A stretch of DNA of 64,000 nt from Nitrosopumilus sp. (lineage in GTDB: Archaea; Thermoproteota; Nitrososphaeria; Nitrososphaerales; Nitrosopumilaceae). The stretch spans positions 192,001 through 256,000 of the forward strand of contig OZ242220.1 of assembly GCA_965206745.1 (NCBI GenBank). Reading direction: 5' to 3'. Below are positions 60,636 to 64,000 of the stretch, in pieces. The translations under genes were made by a program, and so were the position numbers. The notes under the pieces are model-generated. The model made no database searches. It saw nothing but the letters and a program-made list of their open reading frames with translations, and had not been told where the DNA came from. How positions within the stretch are numbered: the stretch's first letter is position 1; each line of letters begins with the position of its first letter.

Positions 60636-61106
60636 TCACATCTGTCCTGATTTCCACGCCTGATTGAATTTTTTGATGGCCTCCTGATACGCTATAATCG
60701 AATCCTCCCCGGATGTCTTTAGAAATCTCTCCCACTGGCTATTGAATTTTTTAATTGATTCAATGTTGGTCTCTTTGAAGATATTTTCCATCATCTTTGT
60801 TTGCTGCTTGATATATTCAGGACCGATCTCTTCCCATGTATTTTCCCAACTTGTACTAACTTTTTTTAGCAACTCTGCATCTGATTCTAACGCTTTTTGG
60901 CAAGCATCATGGTATGTCATCAAAGTTTCATTTGTAGCCTTTTGCCATTGTGCAAGGGATTCCTTCCAGCCAGTTAAGGCAGAATTATAGTTCTTCCAAG
61001 CTTTTTCAAACTCTGGTTTTTTTGATGAAGTTGCAGCTTGTTTTTTGGGCTTTGAAGCAGTCTTTTTCACAGTTTTTTTAGGCGTGTTTTTCTTCCTGTC
61101 TGCCAT
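60636..61106 (-). CDS. Trp-rich helical protein with basic N-terminal tail
   Basis: Periodic Trp, as in 58338..58751. Confidence 0.7.
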   Translation of the reverse strand: MADRKKNTPKKTVKKTASKPKKQAATSSKKPEFEKAWKNYNSALTGWKESLAQWQKATNETLMTYHDACQKALESDAELLKKVSTSWENTWEEIGPEYIKQQTKMMENIFKETNIESIKKFNSQWERFLKTSGEDSIIAYQEAIKKFNQAWKSGQM

Positions 61107-61420
61107 ACTGTAATTTGAGAATGGTAGATGTTAAATCTTTCAGCAACGTCACTCTTGAAAAACACTCAGGTGTGCTAAAAATTTGATGCCTTGGAAAATG
61201 TCGGACTGTGTCTTTTGTACCTGTCTTTAAATAATCTATAGTGTACCTTGCATAGGTTCCTCGTCTCCCTAAAGCTTATTTCTACAGTTCCTATGGATTT
61301 TTCCCTGCACTCTGAGATACTGCACTGCATTATGAAAAATGGCTATTGTATGCTAATAAAACTTTGAAATTATATAATTACCAATGCTAACTTTTTATGA
61401 TTGCATAATGTCAAAAAATT

Positions 61421-61630
61421 ATGGATGATCAGGAAAAGGGAGAGCGGTTTTTAAAATTAATTGATGATCAAAACAATATTCAGTGGGGGATTGTCGCAAA
61501 GTTGACCTCCTTGATTTCCTTCAAATGGAATTCCCAGGAATTAAAAGATGAGCTTGAGGGCCTGGTGGATAATCATTCTAAGATAACTAAGGAGCTCAAC
61601 AGCCTCGATGATAAAGGCAGTGCCTTATAA
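61421..61630 (+). CDS. Small hypothetical protein
   Basis: 69-aa ATG ORF with upstream TTTTTAT box. Confidence 0.6.
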   Translation: MDDQEKGERFLKLIDDQNNIQWGIVAKLTSLISFKWNSQELKDELEGLVDNHSKITKELNSLDDKGSAL

Positions 61631-62557
61631 TGCAGAATCAACCATTAGTGCAATAAACAACACTGCCAAGTATGGACTGGAGAATTTAAACAGGGTCCAG
61701 GCAGCTTTCTCCATCGGTTTGGCTATGACCCATGCTGACAACCCGACCATCAGTGCACCTGATGCAATTGCAGTCCACAGGTATACTGCGCCGACCATCT
61801 CTTCACCGCCTTGGGTTGTTATGAAAAATGGGGCAATTGAGAATAGCACCATTACCACCGTTGAGACGGCAATAGCTCTGGCAGAAGTCTTCTCTGATTG
61901 CACTGCCGTCAACATTGGAACGTTGACTTTGTTATAGTCTTCCTTGAAATGCAAGGTAAGTGCCCAGATGTGCATTGGAATCCAAATGAATACCAAGCCT
62001 GCCATGGCAAGACCCATTGTCCACAAATCTGACATGCTTACTGCCACCCATCCTATCATCGGTGGCGAACCCCCGCACAATCCGCCCAAAATTATGTTGG
62101 TCCTTGAGTTCCGTTTCAAGACATACGAGTAGATTATGATGTTGTTTACCAGTCCAAAGGCGATAAAAGCAGTCGCCCATGCACCCTGCTCCAGCGTGGT
62201 TGTAAAGGAGATTCCAAATGCCAGTACCAGTGATATGCCTGCTAATGCCAATCCAAAGTTCCTTGCCTTTACTGCGGGATAGATTCTCTTTGATGGCAGG
62301 GGCCTCTCCTTTGTCCTCTCCATAATTGCGTCAATATCCCTGTCGTGATAGTTTGTCAGAGTATTTGCAGCAGCAGAACCGGCTGCAACTGAAAATAACA
62401 TCAAAAGCCATGTTGCTGGGGATATCTCTATGCCGTAGATATTGGAGGCTGTCAGTGCCGCACCAAATGCCGTAAAAACCAGCAAATACCAAATTTTCGG
62501 TTTTGTTAATTCGTAATATACTGCCACCCTGGATTCTGATTTTTGCTTCTGCAACAT
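61625..62557 (-). CDS. cyoE: Protoheme IX farnesyltransferase (heme o synthase)
   Basis: LTKPKI, DRDIDAIMERTKERPLP, WIPMHIWAL, DY..VNVPML. Confidence 0.95.
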   Translation of the reverse strand: MLQKQKSESRVAVYYELTKPKIWYLLVFTAFGAALTASNIYGIEISPATWLLMLFSVAAGSAAANTLTNYHDRDIDAIMERTKERPLPSKRIYPAVKARNFGLALAGISLVLAFGISFTTTLEQGAWATAFIAFGLVNNIIIYSYVLKRNSRTNIILGGLCGGSPPMIGWVAVSMSDLWTMGLAMAGLVFIWIPMHIWALTLHFKEDYNKVNVPMLTAVQSEKTSARAIAVSTVVMVLFSIAPFFITTQGGEEMVGAVYLWTAIASGALMVGLSAWVIAKPMEKAAWTLFKFSSPYLAVLFIALMVDSAL

Positions 62558-63024
62558 CAGTCACTATCCTTTGATGGCATATATGGCATTGCTTTCATTC
62601 GTGACTTCATCTCGATGAATGACTCAGATGACTGGATGCCCTCAATCCTGCCGATCTTCTCAGAGACCATCTTGTGCATTTGATCTAATGACTTTGAATA
62701 CATTGTAATTAGAATGTCAAATCTCCCTGTAACCTCGGCAACCTCTCTGACCCCGTCAATCTTGAACAGCTCCTCAATAATATGATCACGCTTTTTCGTA
62801 TCCATGTTGATTCCAGTCAGTGCCTTGACATTATATCCGAGTTCTTCGTCATTAACGATAATTGTAAAACGCTCAATCATCTTCCTCTTGACTAATCGCT
62901 TGATTCTAGAGTACACCACTGATGCGTTGACATCCATCTTCTTTGATAGACGAGGGATTGAAATTGAGGCGTCATTGGATAATTCTGATAAAATCTGTAA
63001 ATCCAACTCGTCTACTTTTACCGT
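62557..63024 (-). CDS. Lrp/AsnC-family transcriptional regulator
   Basis: VDELDLQILSEL..SRIKRL..VTGRFDI; start ambiguous (ACG at 63024 or TTG at 63006). Confidence 0.9.
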   Translation of the reverse strand, partial: TVKVDELDLQILSELSNDASISIPRLSKKMDVNASVVYSRIKRLVKRKMIERFTIIVNDEELGYNVKALTGINMDTKKRDHIIEELFKIDGVREVAEVTGRFDILITMYSKSLDQMHKMVSEKIGRIEGIQSSESFIEMKSRMKAMPYMPSKDSD

Positions 63025-63095
63025 CTAAAACACCTTCCACGATCTAGATTTCTGGTTCTTATAAAGTTATTATTGTAAAAATTGCAAGAAATTAT

Positions 63096-64000
63096 CTAAA
63101 TCTTGCCTTTTTTGTATAACATCTCTGCTAACAAAACCGCTCCTTTTGCTGAACCCATTTTTTTATTGTGTGAGAACAGCATGTATTTCAGACCGTTCTC
63201 AAACAGCTCTTCTGTCTCAACCCTTCCGATGGTGGTAGTCATTCCGTCACCGACTGATCTCTCCATTCTTGGCTGGGGCCTGGTCGGATCCTCATGAAAT
63301 GCATAGTATTTTTCAGGAGCAGACGGCAATCCGGACACGGAGATGTCTTTGTTGCATTGATCATAGGTCTCTTTTGCTTTTGCAGGATCAATCTCCTCCC
63401 TGGTCTCAACAAAAACCGATTCTGTATGGCCGTCTATTACAGGAACTCTGGTACAGGTACAACTAATTCTGATATCTGCATCCTCTATCCTTCCATCTTT
63501 TAGCTTGCCCAAAATCTTCCTCGTTTCTCTCTTTACCTTGCCTTCCTCCTTTGCGATGTATGGAATGATGTTGTCGGTAATTCCCATTGCCGACACTCCT
63601 GATTTTCCACCGCCAGATATTGCCTGCATCGAGGTCATCATGACTTTTTTTGCTCCATATTTTTCAAATAACGGCTTTAGTGTAATTGCCAAGCCTGTGG
63701 TGGTACAATTTGGCAACGGTGCCACCCAGCCTTTCCAGTTCCTGTTCTTTTTCTGGGTCTCAAGCAACTCTATCTGTTCGTCATTAATTCCGGGAATCAG
63801 TATCGGTACATCGTCTTCATACCTGTAAGCAGAACTAGTTGAGACTACTGGCACGTCAGATGCCATCTTGGTTTCAATATCCCTTGCGGCCTCTGATTCC
63901 ACTGCAGAAAATACCAGATCCAGCTGGGGGACATCCAGCTCTTCAACTGATCTGACTGTCATTTCCTTGATATATTCTGGGATCTCTCCGCCCACATCCC
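63096..64000 (-). CDS. asd: Aspartate-semialdehyde dehydrogenase (5' end outside the window)
   Basis: PNCTT, QAISGGG, NIIPYI..EE.K, RVPVIDGH, SHN..GSAKGA. Confidence 0.93.
   Translation of the reverse strand, partial: DVGGEIPEYIKEMTVRSVEELDVPQLDLVFSAVESEAARDIETKMASDVPVVSTSSAYRYEDDVPILIPGINDEQIELLETQKKNRNWKGWVAPLPNCTTTGLAITLKPLFEKYGAKKVMMTSMQAISGGGKSGVSAMGITDNIIPYIAKEEGKVKRETRKILGKLKDGRIEDADIRISCTCTRVPVIDGHTESVFVETREEIDPAKAKETYDQCNKDISVSGLPSAPEKYYAFHEDPTRPQPRMERSVGDGMTTTIGRVETEELFENGLKYMLFSHNKKMGSAKGAVLLAEMLYKKGKI

Overview
Archaeal chromosome segment of a Nitrosopumilaceae (Thaumarchaeota/Nitrososphaerota) ammonia-oxidiser lineage. The assignment rests on gene content and family-specific secreted-protein motifs; no amo genes are in the window. 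Serpins, repeat-rich exported proteins and eroded genes suggest a host-associated (e.g. sponge) lineage, which is inference. The core backbone carries thiolase/DUF35, an ArsR-ATP-cone-NrdD-like gene next to nrdJ, nep1, tRNA-Gly(TCC), rnp4, rps19e, the riboflavin operon, tfe, trm56, hflX, nac, a UbiD-family gene, cyoE and asd. It is interrupted by accessory islands at about 4.3-10.0, 26.8-38.8, 50.2-52.8 and 57.1-58.2 kb. The most striking feature is a family of exported MORN-variant/YwqK-like repeat proteins. Three of them alternate with two serpins in a ~3.8-kb tandem array; the copies are mosaics of each other and the serpins differ in their reactive-centre loops. A 47-bp imperfect palindrome (core GTGATC-W-GATCAC), a linked ~100-bp dispersed repeat and IS66-like remnants mark the island edges. 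All comparisons were made by eye, without database searches.
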